A DNA stretch of 64,000 nt from Escherichia phage vB_EcoM_G53. Positions 27,981 to 38,365 of the stretch are shown here, one piece after another; within the stretch, counting starts at the first letter, position 1; each line of letters begins with the position of its first letter. The DNA is taken from sequence record MK327943.1; one strand, given 5' to 3'. The position numbers and the translations under genes are program-made. The notes under the pieces were generated by a model. That model was not told the origin of the DNA and did not search any database. It saw only the letters and a program-made list of their open reading frames with translations.

Positions 27981-29650
27981 TGATGAGTGATATCGCCACC
28001 GATTGGACGATAGGAAACACCAGTTTCTTTATCAGTTAGTACCCATTTACCAGGATTTTTTGTAATCAGAGTAGCCGTTACAGGTTCTGCCACGTCATAA
28101 CTAATAGAGCCGTCTTGAAGTACACGGCCCATGTTACGTAATTGCTTAGTCAGAAGTTCCATACCTTTATAATATGCGGCTACCGCTTTAAGTGGATTAT
28201 TCTTGAAATAACCACCTAATGCAATCCAGATAATTGCCACTGCCAAATGATGATACTCGTTAAACGAACTCATCTTTCCATATTTGTAAACTAATGGATT
28301 GATGTTAATAGTCACATTACAAGTTGTTTCATCAATAGTAAACTGCCCCCAGGTCGGATTAGCGTTGAATTCATCATAACCTGAAACAGCATAAAGCACT
28401 TTAGCTTCATCATACAATTTTGGCCCGTAAATCTTGGTTTCGCCAAAATATCCACGAGGGTCGATAAACTTGACTTCGCCGTTATCAGTAATCATAGTAT
28501 TACTGAAGTTCGGGTCACCGTGAATAACAGAGTACTGTCCCTGAGAACGGTTATGATACCGAATAAGGTGTTCTAAAGCTTGTTTCAGCATTGGCTTCAG
28601 ACGTCCAATCTTAGTGTAGTTCACATGTGTGATTTTACCAAATGAATCAATCAATGGTTGAATGCTTTCACAACGATCAATAACTTTCGTATAGAATTCT
28701 TTAGTGAAATCACGACGAACAGTTTCAGGACTTACAAAATAAGTGTCTGTGCTGAATTTCAGTGCATCTAAAATTGCATCAACAATTTGTGGACGAGCAA
28801 GACTTGATTTGGATTTAATATATTCAAATGCCGGCTTACCTTTAATGCGTTCCATTTCAAAGTTATTTTCATTAACAGAAACTAACTGAGGGACTGAATC
28901 TGATTTCACTTTCAAATACCACGAAATCTCATCTTTCTGAAGAGCTCGGCCCTGTTCGGTTAATGCGAATTTAGTTACAGTTTCTTCACCAATTTCAACT
29001 GCATTAAAACTACGATTAAGTTCACGAACTTCATGAGCTTTTTCAAGTTTAGGCATATCACCTAAATCAATTAGATTCATAAGCTCTGATTTATTGAATG
29101 CGCTGCCGTAAAGGAATTCTACGAAATCACGTCCTTTGCAGTATTCATGAATTTCCTCATCAGTAGAACCCATATAGAATTCCCAGTCTTTGAACTGATA
29201 AATTCCTACAACATTACCACCTGTTGAACCTACGTTAGTGATATTTTCACCGTCGAAATTATATCGACATTCGTCACCCTTAACATAGATTGCGTTAACA
29301 TTCCAAGACCATGAACCAAAATCGGGAATAATATCACACCAGTTAACAATTACGTTATGGCCGTCTAAATCTTTGTGTAATTTAGCAAGAGCATAAGCAG
29401 ATCCATACGCTTCATCAACTGTACGAATAGTCACATTGAACCCTTCTTGCTCACAATAAGCTCGAACAGTTTCAGCAAATTTTGAATGAACTACTACAAT
29501 AATTTCATCTGCGCCAAGGTCAGAATAAATTGTATACAAATTGCTCAGAATAGTGTCTTGTTTATAGTTAACAAGCACCTTAGGAATATGATGCGTTATT
29601 GGATACAAACGAGTTGCCAGTCCAGCACCAAGAATAACAGCTTTTTTCAT
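27965..29650 (-). CDS. bifunctional sugar-1-phosphate nucleotidyltransferase (N-term) / sugar kinase (C-term, APH/ChoK-like)
   Basis: 561-aa ORF; N-terminal ILGAGLATRL nucleotidyltransferase motif (LicC/RmlA-like); C-terminal HGDPNFSN...DNGEVKFIDPRGY kinase motifs (LicA/APH-like). Confidence 0.65.
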   Translation of the reverse strand: MKKAVILGAGLATRLYPITHHIPKVLVNYKQDTILSNLYTIYSDLGADEIIVVVHSKFAETVRAYCEQEGFNVTIRTVDEAYGSAYALAKLHKDLDGHNVIVNWCDIIPDFGSWSWNVNAIYVKGDECRYNFDGENITNVGSTGGNVVGIYQFKDWEFYMGSTDEEIHEYCKGRDFVEFLYGSAFNKSELMNLIDLGDMPKLEKAHEVRELNRSFNAVEIGEETVTKFALTEQGRALQKDEISWYLKVKSDSVPQLVSVNENNFEMERIKGKPAFEYIKSKSSLARPQIVDAILDALKFSTDTYFVSPETVRRDFTKEFYTKVIDRCESIQPLIDSFGKITHVNYTKIGRLKPMLKQALEHLIRYHNRSQGQYSVIHGDPNFSNTMITDNGEVKFIDPRGYFGETKIYGPKLYDEAKVLYAVSGYDEFNANPTWGQFTIDETTCNVTININPLVYKYGKMSSFNEYHHLAVAIIWIALGGYFKNNPLKAVAAYYKGMELLTKQLRNMGRVLQDGSISYDVAEPVTATLITKNPGKWVLTDKETGVSYRPIGGDITHQWERI

Positions 29651-29678
29651 GTTGAAGTCCTCATTGGTAAGTAGGAGT

Positions 29679-29704
29679 ATTGTACACTATTCTAGTTAAA
29701 GCAT
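29679..29704 (-). promoter_or_regulatory. middle (MotA-box) promoter candidate for the kinase/nucleotidyltransferase gene
   Basis: minus strand ATGCTTTAA box, 11-nt gap, TACAAT; GAGGA SD before the ATG at 29650. Confidence 0.4.
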
Positions 29705-29836
29705 TCATACTTTGCCTGTAGACCAATCATAATCCATCCAATTACAAGTGTTGGAACCATTACTGGAGCCGTTAAGCTCCAGTAGATAGTCCATGACAAG
29801 CATCAATAGTAAAAGTCCTATTGTTATTGCTTTCAT
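29705..29836 (-). CDS. small hydrophobic peptide (43 aa), not in ORF track
   Basis: ATG overlaps the SIS gene stop as ATGA; MKAITIGLLLLMLVMDYLLEL... Confidence 0.3.
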   Translation of the reverse strand: MKAITIGLLLLMLVMDYLLELNGSSNGSNTCNWMDYDWSTGKV

Positions 29837-30468
29837 TGTTCGCCTCGTAACATGGCACCTAGTGCACCGCCTGGATGGAACTTAAGGAAATCATTAGAGG
29901 TAAATCCACGTTCAGACGAAAGGTTGATAGCAAACGTATCGATAAGCGCTAACAACAATGTAGTGGACATAGTCGGAGCCAGAGAATTCTCATCAACCTC
30001 TACTGCGATGCCTGTACAGAAAGAGTAATCAAAAAGGGCTTCATTTTCTTGTGGAATGTCTGGGTTACAATGCAACAGAATCTGTTTGACGTTCGGTCGA
30101 ATCATTTTAAGATGCTTAGCCACGCCTATCATTTCTTCAGTTTTACCAGAACGACTAATATGAATCAACACATCATTAGGCGCAATGAATCCTGCATCAC
30201 CGTGAGAATAATGCCCAGTGTTCAAGTACATACTCGGGATACCGAGTGAAGCAAATGTCTCAGAAGCTTTAGTTGCAATATTAGCATTCTTACCAACACC
30301 TGTAATAATTACTCGGCTTTCATAATTACTAAGACCCGGGCGTCGAAGAGTTTCTAGAATAGCATTATAACGAGCAGGGTTTTGACTAATTACTTTGGCC
30401 ATAGCGGCCAAAGAAGAAGCTTGTTTTATGATTGCGTCAATAGCGATAGTAATAGGAGTAGTTTTCAT
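29833..30468 (-). CDS. SIS-domain sugar-phosphate isomerase (KdsD/GutQ-type arabinose-5-phosphate isomerase-like, no CBS domains)
   Basis: 211-aa ORF; GVGKNANIATK...HYSHGD...ISRSGKTEE matches KpsF/GutQ SIS motifs. Confidence 0.7.
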   Translation of the reverse strand: MKTTPITIAIDAIIKQASSLAAMAKVISQNPARYNAILETLRRPGLSNYESRVIITGVGKNANIATKASETFASLGIPSMYLNTGHYSHGDAGFIAPNDVLIHISRSGKTEEMIGVAKHLKMIRPNVKQILLHCNPDIPQENEALFDYSFCTGIAVEVDENSLAPTMSTTLLLALIDTFAINLSSERGFTSNDFLKFHPGGALGAMLRGEQ

Positions 30469-30508
30469 ATTTCTCTCATTTAATTAGTTTACCGTCCATG
30501 GCATTATA

Positions 30509-33220
30509 TCAAAAATCGAACATATCGAACAGAGATGCTTTCTTCTCGTAATCGAGTTTCGCTGCTGATGTGAATCCTTCAAGTGGTTTAATAAATGTCT
30601 TCTCAAGGAGAACAGTGTAGTCCATCCAATGAAGTACGTCGTCTTTAATTAAATCTGTGATTTCAGTGCCAGAAGGCCATGCGATACATTTATCACCGAA
30701 TGGGTTTCCTTCACGTAAAGGCAGAACATATACTTTTTCACCTTCTACAACTTGTGGTGCATCAATATTACCTTTGATAGCTCGGTTATATGTCAGAATT
30801 CCACGAATATGGAACGGACATTTAGGACCCGGGAATCCACCTACGTCGTATTTAGCAATGTTATTCGCAGAAGATACCGACGCGATGCTAATATAATTCA
30901 ATTGACGGAATTCTTTTTCAAACTCTTTAAAATATTCTTGTAATGATTCTTCACCTTCTTGAAGCATACGACGAATACATTCTTTAAGAGCTTTCTGTAC
31001 TGCTTTAGGAGTCGAAGATTTCTGAGTCTCTAGACCCATGATTTTGAGTTTAGGCTCAGCGTAACGAGTACCTTCCATATCCCACACGTTTAATGCATAA
31101 CGTTTCTTACCAGTCCAAAATCCGCCAATACCTTTAGAACCAAGCGGAGGCCCAGCGATAGCTTCTCGGTCCATGAACATTAAGTGTTGTTTATTGTTCA
31201 TGTATTCACACATTTCACGGAAACCTCTATCAATAGCAGGTTCCATACGTTCACGAGCAAACTTATCTAAGAAGTCTACCCAATGGTTGGTATCACGGAA
31301 TTTAGATTCACCAACCTTATCGATAATTTTATCAGCAGATACGTAAATAGAGTCTGTATCACCATAAAGAACGAAAGCTTCACCTTCTGTACCACAAACT
31401 TCATTCAGATATTCATTAACTTTACGTTCAATCCACTGTAAAGCCATTTGCCCGAATGTTGTGATTGCAGTAGCATTACGCAAATCATAATAACGGAACC
31501 AAACGTTGCCAAGTGCACCATAAAGTGAGTTGATAAGCAATTTACGGTTAATTTGTGCAGTCATACCTGCAACTTCAGTACGTTGAGCTCTAAACAACAT
31601 TTCATTAAGAGATTTAGCAGACAACTTTTTAATCTTTTCTTTAATCTCGTCAGTGAAGTCAAAACGATAATCAACATCTAATGGTTCGTCAACAGAAAGA
31701 TTAGGATTATGCAATGCCTCTTTAATTATTTCACCATTACGTTGAGCTGCAAGCATATAACCTTTATGTTCTTTACGTTGATTAAAGACCTTAGTGATTT
31801 CAGTTGGAACTACACCATCACGGTCTTTATAATACATCATGCCGTTAGGAGAACAACTGTACACATCTGAAGGACGTTCAGCGATTGCGTTAATATAATC
31901 ATGCAATGGAGCTACTTTAAACGTTCCTGCTATTGTTTCCGGGCTAATATTCACTTGGCGAATAATACTTGGATACAGAGATGTAAGGTCGAAACTCATT
32001 ACATATTTGTATCGATTTGGAATAGGTTCCTTAACAAAAGCGCCGGGATAAGGTTGAACCGGGTGAGAACGACCTTGTGGAATCACCTTGTTCTGCTCTT
32101 TAAGGCTATTAAAAATAATAGCATCCCATGTTTTAATTGGGCTAAACACAGATTGAATCTGTATCTTAGCATAATAACCCATGTCCAAGCTCAAGTTGAT
32201 GAACTGACGCTTAGCATCAATTTGCAATACACGATACACGTCGATAATGTTATAAGAAATATATCGTTGGTGATTGCTTTCACGAAGTTTAGAAATAGGG
32301 CCGTCATATTTCAGTTTACCAACGTTCAATTCAAATTCTGAAATGTAATCCAGAGAATACGACGGTTGATTGGTAAAAGAGAATTTTTTGTAAAGGTCAA
32401 TGTAATCAAGAACAGAGATACCGAACAATGTAATGATTTCACGAGAACCATACATGTTTTCGATAACTTTAACACGAGTTTTACGATGTGGTGATAAACG
32501 TTTCGCAGTAGATTCGCCAAAAATATTCTTGATTCGGTTATACACATATGGAATATCAAATGACTCAACGTTCCATCCAGTCAAAATGACAGGAGTTTTC
32601 TGTTGCCAGAAGTTGAGATATTCCATCAACAATTCTTTTTCGTTATCGAACGGCATATAAATGATTTTATCGATAATTTCAGATGGAACTTCATCACCGC
32701 CTTGTTCTTGAAGCTTAGCAGCGATTTCAATAGACCATTCTTCTACATTACCATATGGAGAATTCAATAGATCAAATACGTAGAACCTGTCGTCAATTGA
32801 GTCATAATGGGTGATAGCATCAATCGGATGTTTTGCTTGTGACGGCTCAGGGAACCCATCCGGAGATGTTACTTCGATGTCGAAGTTAGCCACACGAATT
32901 TTTGTATGGTCGTATTTGATTTCATAGTTATAAGTGTCAGACAAATACGCCAATTTGAAATCGTCCATGCCAAGTGCTTCAAGTCCGATATCTTCCATGC
33001 GTTTAATCCATTGGGAGGCATCACGCATATTAGCGAACAACTTACGAGTACACGGCTTACCGTAGATATCGAAATATTTCGTAGCCTGACTTTCTGGACA
33101 ATGAGCAAACAGTGATGGTTTATATTCTACTTCACGAGTACGTTCACGGCCATTAGAATCGATGTAACGTTCAAAAATTGAATCACCAATCTGTTCAACC
33201 GTTAAGTAAAATTCTTTCAT
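30509..33220 (-). CDS. 43: DNA polymerase gp43 (family B, with 3'-5' exonuclease)
   Basis: 903-aa ORF; Exo I FDIEV, pol motifs DxxSLYPS, KxxxNSxYG, YGDTDS; N-terminus MKEFYLTVEQIGDSIFERYIDSNGRERTREVEYKPSLFAH matches the RB69 polymerase sequence from memory. Confidence 0.95.
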   Translation of the reverse strand: MKEFYLTVEQIGDSIFERYIDSNGRERTREVEYKPSLFAHCPESQATKYFDIYGKPCTRKLFANMRDASQWIKRMEDIGLEALGMDDFKLAYLSDTYNYEIKYDHTKIRVANFDIEVTSPDGFPEPSQAKHPIDAITHYDSIDDRFYVFDLLNSPYGNVEEWSIEIAAKLQEQGGDEVPSEIIDKIIYMPFDNEKELLMEYLNFWQQKTPVILTGWNVESFDIPYVYNRIKNIFGESTAKRLSPHRKTRVKVIENMYGSREIITLFGISVLDYIDLYKKFSFTNQPSYSLDYISEFELNVGKLKYDGPISKLRESNHQRYISYNIIDVYRVLQIDAKRQFINLSLDMGYYAKIQIQSVFSPIKTWDAIIFNSLKEQNKVIPQGRSHPVQPYPGAFVKEPIPNRYKYVMSFDLTSLYPSIIRQVNISPETIAGTFKVAPLHDYINAIAERPSDVYSCSPNGMMYYKDRDGVVPTEITKVFNQRKEHKGYMLAAQRNGEIIKEALHNPNLSVDEPLDVDYRFDFTDEIKEKIKKLSAKSLNEMLFRAQRTEVAGMTAQINRKLLINSLYGALGNVWFRYYDLRNATAITTFGQMALQWIERKVNEYLNEVCGTEGEAFVLYGDTDSIYVSADKIIDKVGESKFRDTNHWVDFLDKFARERMEPAIDRGFREMCEYMNNKQHLMFMDREAIAGPPLGSKGIGGFWTGKKRYALNVWDMEGTRYAEPKLKIMGLETQKSSTPKAVQKALKECIRRMLQEGEESLQEYFKEFEKEFRQLNYISIASVSSANNIAKYDVGGFPGPKCPFHIRGILTYNRAIKGNIDAPQVVEGEKVYVLPLREGNPFGDKCIAWPSGTEITDLIKDDVLHWMDYTVLLEKTFIKPLEGFTSAAKLDYEKKASLFDMFDF

Positions 33221-33250
33221 TTAATTTCCTTTAGACGAGTTATTGTCTTT
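33221..33250 (-). promoter_or_regulatory. gene 43 translational operator-like hairpin adjacent to the SD
   Basis: mRNA agac-aataactc-gtct (4-bp stem, 8-nt loop) immediately 5' of the AAGGA SD and ATG. Confidence 0.5.
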
Positions 33251-33280
33251 TGTTTGTTGATGAACTTATTATACTCCAAA

Positions 33281-33296
33281 TGGGACCGAAGTCCCA
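33281..33296 (-). terminator. UUCG-tetraloop hairpin after regA (weak terminator or stability element)
   Basis: minus strand tgggac-ttcg-gtccca followed by tttgg and then a TATAAT element. Confidence 0.35.
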
Positions 33297-33301
33297 TTGC
33301 T

Positions 33302-33679
33302 TTAATTACCAATTGTATATTTTGCTTTCAAAGTCCAGTCATCTTTCTGTTTAAAAGAGATAACACGGAAGTTATTAGTCAGGCCAAACAGATCTTCACG
33401 AGCAGAGTCTTCAATAACAATCAATCCCCAGTCTTCAAGCAACTGAGCAATCGAATCACGTCGCTGATAGTCTTCACCGTCAATATCAACCTGACGTCCA
33501 TCCATACGCAGCATTTCTTTAAAGTGGACGATGTAGTATTTACCTTGCTTTTGGAGGATATGACAGGACTGATAAAGGACTTTATCCTTGTTATTAGCGA
33601 TGCCCATACGGGTCAAAGTCTCTTTGACTTTCAGAAAATCTTCAGGGTTCTTCAATTTAATTTCAATCATTTTTACCAT
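33302..33679 (-). CDS. regA: translational repressor RegA
   Basis: 125-aa ORF; near-identical over much of its length to T4 RegA as I recall it ([32 protein letters not shown]). Confidence 0.9.
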   Translation of the reverse strand: MVKMIEIKLKNPEDFLKVKETLTRMGIANNKDKVLYQSCHILQKQGKYYIVHFKEMLRMDGRQVDIDGEDYQRRDSIAQLLEDWGLIVIEDSAREDLFGLTNNFRVISFKQKDDWTLKAKYTIGN

Positions 33680-34236
33680 TCCAATGCTAATTTTTTAAAT
33701 TGTTTTTGTTCTTTCACATTTTTTGTAACTTCTTTGAGAAACTCATCAGTGACCACGGCCTTCAGTTCTTTAAGGACTATTGGCAACTTGTTATTTTTTT
33801 CAAGGAGCCGCTTATACTCGGTAGCATCATTCATGTTGATTGTGTAATGTTTCATCAACAGTTTGATAACTAGTAACTCTGAAGTGTCTTCGACTAGTTT
33901 AGCCCATTTAGAGAATCGTCGGCCACGTGGAATTGCCGCCATCATATAGTTGAAGTGCGCTTCATCACTTAATTCAGAACCAACTAAGTTCATCATGTAA
34001 ACGGCTGGCATACATTCTGGGAACTGGGATAATGAGTTCTCAACCATAAATTTTGAGTAGTCGACCTGAGCAATTGACATAGATTTCTTTTCATTAATAG
34101 CATTAATGATTTTAAAGAATTCATTCTCAGGTTTTTCTTTAAACATGTCAGCACATTTTTGAATCGCATCAGCGTCGTTAGACTTCCATGCAATTTGGTG
34201 CTCGTTAAGTTGGACGTCATCATCAAATAAGTTCAT
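33673..34236 (-). CDS. 62: clamp loader small subunit gp62
   Basis: 187-aa ORF between regA and 44; T4 gp62 is of similar size. Confidence 0.75.
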   Translation of the reverse strand: MNLFDDDVQLNEHQIAWKSNDADAIQKCADMFKEKPENEFFKIINAINEKKSMSIAQVDYSKFMVENSLSQFPECMPAVYMMNLVGSELSDEAHFNYMMAAIPRGRRFSKWAKLVEDTSELLVIKLLMKHYTINMNDATEYKRLLEKNNKLPIVLKELKAVVTDEFLKEVTKNVKEQKQFKKLALEW

Positions 34237-34237
34237 A

Positions 34238-35200
34238 TTATTTCCAAGTCAGTTCGCAGGTCAGTTGAAGAAGCATATACATAACATGTAATTCAATATT
34301 ACTTGCTAATCCATGAAACTTATTATTTTCGCCTGCAATTTCATAAAGCGAAATAATACTTTTACCTGGTGCAACTTTGTCATAACACTCAGAAACTAAT
34401 TTATCGATGAACCATGAATAATCAGCGGCATATTTTGGAGCTAACGCACGAAGCTGTTTGATATCTTTATTTTTCATTGCTTCTATGACATCATCTACCG
34501 TGCCACGATCATTGGTTACAATCGACAAAATACCTGCATCAAGAACACCTTTAGACGAGTACTGGTCTAATTGACCAATTGTACGTCGAAAGTCCGGGAA
34601 GTTCTTTTTAACCAGAGCTGCAACAACTTTCATATCAGCGATTTCGATATTTTCGTTCTTACAGATTTCAACCATGCGATGAATCATTTTCTTCATCATT
34701 GAGATTTTATCTTCTTCGGTTGGACGTCCGAATTCGATAACTCGACAACGACTACGTAACGGTTCGATAATTCCATCGATGTTGTTGGCAGTAATAATAA
34801 TAGAACAGTTACTAGAGAATTCTTCCATGAATGTACGAAGGTGACGTTGTGATTCAGCGAGGCCACTACGGTCAAATTCATCAATAACAATAACTTTAGG
34901 CTTGCCTTCCATTGAGACTGAACGAGCGAATGCAGTTAACGGACCGCGCACAAAATCAATCTTACAATCAGAACCGTTGACGAACATCATTTCGGCATTG
35001 ATATCATTACATAATGCTTTTGCTACGGTTGTTTTACCGGTACCAGGAGATGGAGAGTGTAAAATAATATGAGGAAGTTTTCCTTTAGATACTAAAGACT
35101 TGAATGTTTCATGGTCATACGCAGGCAGAATACATTCGTCAATGGAAGAAGGACGATATTTCTGTTCTAGAATGTGTTCTTTGGAATTGATAGTAATCAT
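34238..35200 (-). CDS. 44: clamp loader ATPase subunit gp44 (RFC-like AAA+)
   Basis: 320-aa ORF; Walker [11 protein letters not shown], Walker [12 protein letters not shown]-like RSRC motif. Confidence 0.9.
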   Translation of the reverse strand: MITINSKEHILEQKYRPSSIDECILPAYDHETFKSLVSKGKLPHIILHSPSPGTGKTTVAKALCNDINAEMMFVNGSDCKIDFVRGPLTAFARSVSMEGKPKVIVIDEFDRSGLAESQRHLRTFMEEFSSNCSIIITANNIDGIIEPLRSRCRVIEFGRPTEEDKISMMKKMIHRMVEICKNENIEIADMKVVAALVKKNFPDFRRTIGQLDQYSSKGVLDAGILSIVTNDRGTVDDVIEAMKNKDIKQLRALAPKYAADYSWFIDKLVSECYDKVAPGKSIISLYEIAGENNKFHGLASNIELHVMYMLLQLTCELTWK

Positions 35201-35225
35201 GTAATTTTCCTCATTATCATTAAAC

Positions 35226-35246
35226 TGGAGGATTTCTCCTCCATAA
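35226..35246 (-). promoter_or_regulatory. GAAA-tetraloop hairpin in the 45-44 intergenic region
   Basis: minus strand tggagga-gaaa-tcctcca between the gene 45 stop and gene 44 SD; no U-tract. Confidence 0.3.
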
Positions 35247-35275
35247 TCGTATCACAATAAACGTAAAGCTTTGAC

Positions 35276-35962
35276 TTAGAAGTCGTGAGTAGAATCGGCT
35301 TCCATCGCAATAACATAACTTACTTGAGAGCTTTCAAACTTAGCTGCAACTTTATCACCAGCTCCCCACAACATTACTTTATAGTTACCTGGCTGGATTT
35401 TCATATTAGCCATATTGATTACGAAGTTAAAGTTATTAGAACCGTCATAATCAGTAAGAGTCAAAGAATACTTAGGACGAGTTAGTCCGGAATCTTCAAC
35501 TTTATTATAGCCATTGATAACAATTTTACCATCTTTATTTGTAATAGCAATTGTATCAATCTGAAGACCACGTGAAACTCGAAGCAATTGTTGAAGGTCT
35601 TCGGCTTTAATTTCAGTAATCACAGAAGCCACTGGGAATTGAATTGGCTTATTAGGAAAAACAATGGTGCTCTTGTCGGCAGCAGGCCAATAAACTGTGG
35701 AACGTGTATCTGCAATTTTAATATTGCCATCAGTATGCATTGAAATTTCGGCATCATCAGACACTAGACTCAAAATGCTTAAGAAGCTATTCAAATCATA
35801 AAGTGCTACGTCAAAATCAATTTCATCAGAGATATTTGCTTCCGCATAAGTGGTGCCATTAACTGCACGAGTCATAATAAATTTACCTTGACTCAGCAGA
35901 ATGCCAGAGTTAATAGAGGCAAAGTTTTTCAGAATAGCGATAGTATCTTTAGACAGTTTCAT
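35276..35962 (-). CDS. 45: sliding clamp gp45
   Basis: 228 aa from the ATG at 35962 (MKLSKDT...); the ORF-track start at 35977 is a TTG; highly similar to T4 gp45 as I recall it. Confidence 0.9.
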   Translation of the reverse strand: MKLSKDTIAILKNFASINSGILLSQGKFIMTRAVNGTTYAEANISDEIDFDVALYDLNSFLSILSLVSDDAEISMHTDGNIKIADTRSTVYWPAADKSTIVFPNKPIQFPVASVITEIKAEDLQQLLRVSRGLQIDTIAITNKDGKIVINGYNKVEDSGLTRPKYSLTLTDYDGSNNFNFVINMANMKIQPGNYKVMLWGAGDKVAAKFESSQVSYVIAMEADSTHDF

Positions 35963-36004
35963 TTTATTTCCTTTCAAGACAATTCAAAGTTTATAACAAA
36001 TTTA

Positions 36005-36421
36005 TTATGCAGCAACCATCTGCTTTTTAATAGCTTCAGGCAGTGATTCAATATATTCTGGAATTTTAGAAGCAACAATTTCGCCAGCTGCAATTAGTTG
36101 TTCGTCGGCATCAACACAGTAAAAATCTTCAAGGCGTTCAGAACCGTCTTTATCAAGAACGATTTTAGCACCTGCTTCGATAGAATCTTTATAGTGCTTA
36201 CGCATCAAATGAATCCACATATCAGACACATCGTTATCAATAAAACCATAAATCATAAAACGAGTTTCTTGTGGCAAAGATTGGAGTTTTTTAGCACTTG
36301 CGTCATCACAATGCAGGACCCATGCTTTACGAACACGATTATGGTTATGCGGGTTAGCGTCAGTACGGATAGAAGTAACTTTCAGATCAGCAGCGGTAAA
36401 ACCTTTAGCAGTAGTAAACAT
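36005..36421 (-). CDS. RNA polymerase-binding protein RpbA-like (position-based)
   Basis: 138-aa ORF immediately upstream of gene 45, as rpbA in T4. Confidence 0.4.
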   Translation of the reverse strand: MFTTAKGFTAADLKVTSIRTDANPHNHNRVRKAWVLHCDDASAKKLQSLPQETRFMIYGFIDNDVSDMWIHLMRKHYKDSIEAGAKIVLDKDGSERLEDFYCVDADEQLIAAGEIVASKIPEYIESLPEAIKKQMVAA

Positions 36422-36433
36422 ATTATTTCTCTC

Positions 36434-36634
36434 TTATTCGTAGAAGTCGGTAACTGTCCATGCGGAATTGCGATTAGACATTATTTTATTATACTCATCT
36501 TTAAAAGCAGATTTGAGCATTTGTTCAGTGACAATATGTTCTTCACCTGAAAACGTATTGGTCAAAACATATTTTTTAATTTCAGGGACAACGAGAAGAT
36601 GTTGTCCAGTTGAATACTCCATGTTGTTCTCCAT
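36434..36634 (-). CDS. small hypothetical protein
   Basis: 66-aa ORF. Confidence 0.4.
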   Translation of the reverse strand: MENNMEYSTGQHLLVVPEIKKYVLTNTFSGEEHIVTEQMLKSAFKDEYNKIMSNRNSAWTVTDFYE

Positions 36635-36676
36635 TTAATTTGATGTGGTCATTATAACCACATCGTGTTAAAGCGT

Positions 36677-38365
36677 TTATGAAACAGTCATTACAGTAAA
36701 TCGTCCAACTTTGCTCATTTGCAAATGTTGTCCATAACGTTGAGGGTCATGGTCCCTATGAGAAATAATGAACACGTTAGTATTTTGTAAACTTCCAAGA
36801 ATGGTATCTATAGCCTTAACAGCTTCAGAATCAACTGCCCCATCAAAAACCTCATCAAGAATCAGAGTGTTGATTTTAACACCAGAGACCTTTTCAGCAA
36901 TATCTCGCCATGTAAACAACAACGCGATATCAATGCGTGCTTTTTCACCTTGACTAAATGAAGCATAACTAAAATCTTCACGACCACGTGATTTTATAGA
37001 TTCATTGAATTCTTCATCAATAGAAAACACGTAATCAGCTTCCATGATTTTAAGATAATGGTTAATCTGCTTGTTGAACAGAGGCACATATTTTTTAATG
37101 ATAGCACCTTTAATACCAGAATCTTTTAACATATCTGTGATAATACCACGATGGTATTTTTCAAGAACGATATCTGATTTTGTTTTAATGATTTTATCAA
37201 GTTCTTTTTGAAGCAAAGCTATCTCATCGGCATGGTCGATAAATTCTGCTGAGGCTTGCTCTATTGCAGCTTTAACTTTCTTAGCTTTATCAATAGTGGC
37301 AATCATTGCTTGTTTCTTGGTACGAATATCAGATGCAAGGTCCTGTTTAGTCTTAACATTAGCTCTATATTCATCAACTAGGACACTCAGATTATCTCTG
37401 TGACAGGTAAGTTGCTCGAATGAGTGATTACATTCATGAAGCTTATCGGTAATCTTAGAGACAATAGGGTCACCCTGGTGCAATTGTGATGCACAAGTAG
37501 GACATGTGCCACCGTCATGATACATCTTAATAACTTTGTTATATGAGTCGATTTTAGATTTAATCAAGAATGCTTCTTGTCCTATCTTGTTGAATGCCTC
37601 AGTAGGGTCTTCATCAAGAACGATATTAAGTAGTCGCTCATTAGCTTCTTCGATTTCTGCTTTTAATGAACGAGCTTCTTTGGCTAGGTCGTCATACATA
37701 TTCTGTAGACGCGCTACATTATCACCAGATAATTTCTTTTGACGTTCGATATTCTCGTTATAAATCTTAATTTGTTGGATAATACCATCTTTCTTGGCAT
37801 CAAGAACTTGTCCCTGAGAATTAAGTTCGCGAACTTGAGACTTATTGATTTTATCCATTTCAGCGAGTGTGCCGACTTCTAAAAGGTCTTCGACAAGTTT
37901 TCTACGAGCAGGGGTGCTAAGAGCCATGAAAGGGGTATACCCTGCCGTCCCAAGCACAACGATTTGTTTAAAAGACGCGTATGACATTCCGATGCTACGT
38001 TCAAATTCTTCTTGGAAGTCACGACTGCTGGCAGATTCATCGAGACGAACACCGTCAACGGAGATTTCGAAAATATTGGGCTTTTGGCCGCGTCTAATGA
38101 AGTATTTTTTATCATCGAATTCCATCCAAAGCTCAACTAAGAGCTCTTTCTTGTTCGTGCTATTAATGATTTGTCCTTTCTTAACATCACGAAATGGTTT
38201 ACCGAAAAGTCCGAAAGTAATGGCTTCTAACATCGTAGATTTACCACCGCCATTTTTACCGGTGATTAATGTCTTTTGGACTTTATCTAATTGGATATCG
38301 ATAGGATTCCCACCTACCGACATGATGTTTTGATAACGAACACGATTTAATTTAAATGATTTCAT
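36677..38365 (-). CDS. 46: recombination endonuclease subunit gp46 (SbcC/Rad50-like ATPase)
   Basis: 562-aa ORF; Walker A GKNGGGKST, long coiled-coil with CPTC zinc hook, C-terminal Walker B LILDEVFD. Confidence 0.9.
   Translation of the reverse strand: MKSFKLNRVRYQNIMSVGGNPIDIQLDKVQKTLITGKNGGGKSTMLEAITFGLFGKPFRDVKKGQIINSTNKKELLVELWMEFDDKKYFIRRGQKPNIFEISVDGVRLDESASSRDFQEEFERSIGMSYASFKQIVVLGTAGYTPFMALSTPARRKLVEDLLEVGTLAEMDKINKSQVRELNSQGQVLDAKKDGIIQQIKIYNENIERQKKLSGDNVARLQNMYDDLAKEARSLKAEIEEANERLLNIVLDEDPTEAFNKIGQEAFLIKSKIDSYNKVIKMYHDGGTCPTCASQLHQGDPIVSKITDKLHECNHSFEQLTCHRDNLSVLVDEYRANVKTKQDLASDIRTKKQAMIATIDKAKKVKAAIEQASAEFIDHADEIALLQKELDKIIKTKSDIVLEKYHRGIITDMLKDSGIKGAIIKKYVPLFNKQINHYLKIMEADYVFSIDEEFNESIKSRGREDFSYASFSQGEKARIDIALLFTWRDIAEKVSGVKINTLILDEVFDGAVDSEAVKAIDTILGSLQNTNVFIISHRDHDPQRYGQHLQMSKVGRFTVMTVS

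Noticed and set aside
27579-30468. Interpretation of the SIS/HAD/nucleotidyltransferase genes as a Kdo (KdsD-KdsC-KdsB) pathway
   Set aside because: No KdsA-like Kdo-8-P synthase is present, and the nucleotidyltransferase is LicC/RmlA-like with a fused kinase rather than KdsB-like; a pentose-1-P activation route fits better
35963-35977. Long N-terminal extensions in the ORF track (gp45, gp55, RegB, DenV, 54870..55412 and others)
   Set aside because: The track's first M is a TTG or GTG codon; a downstream ATG with a proper SD reproduces the N-terminus I recall for the T4 homolog, so the shorter starts were used
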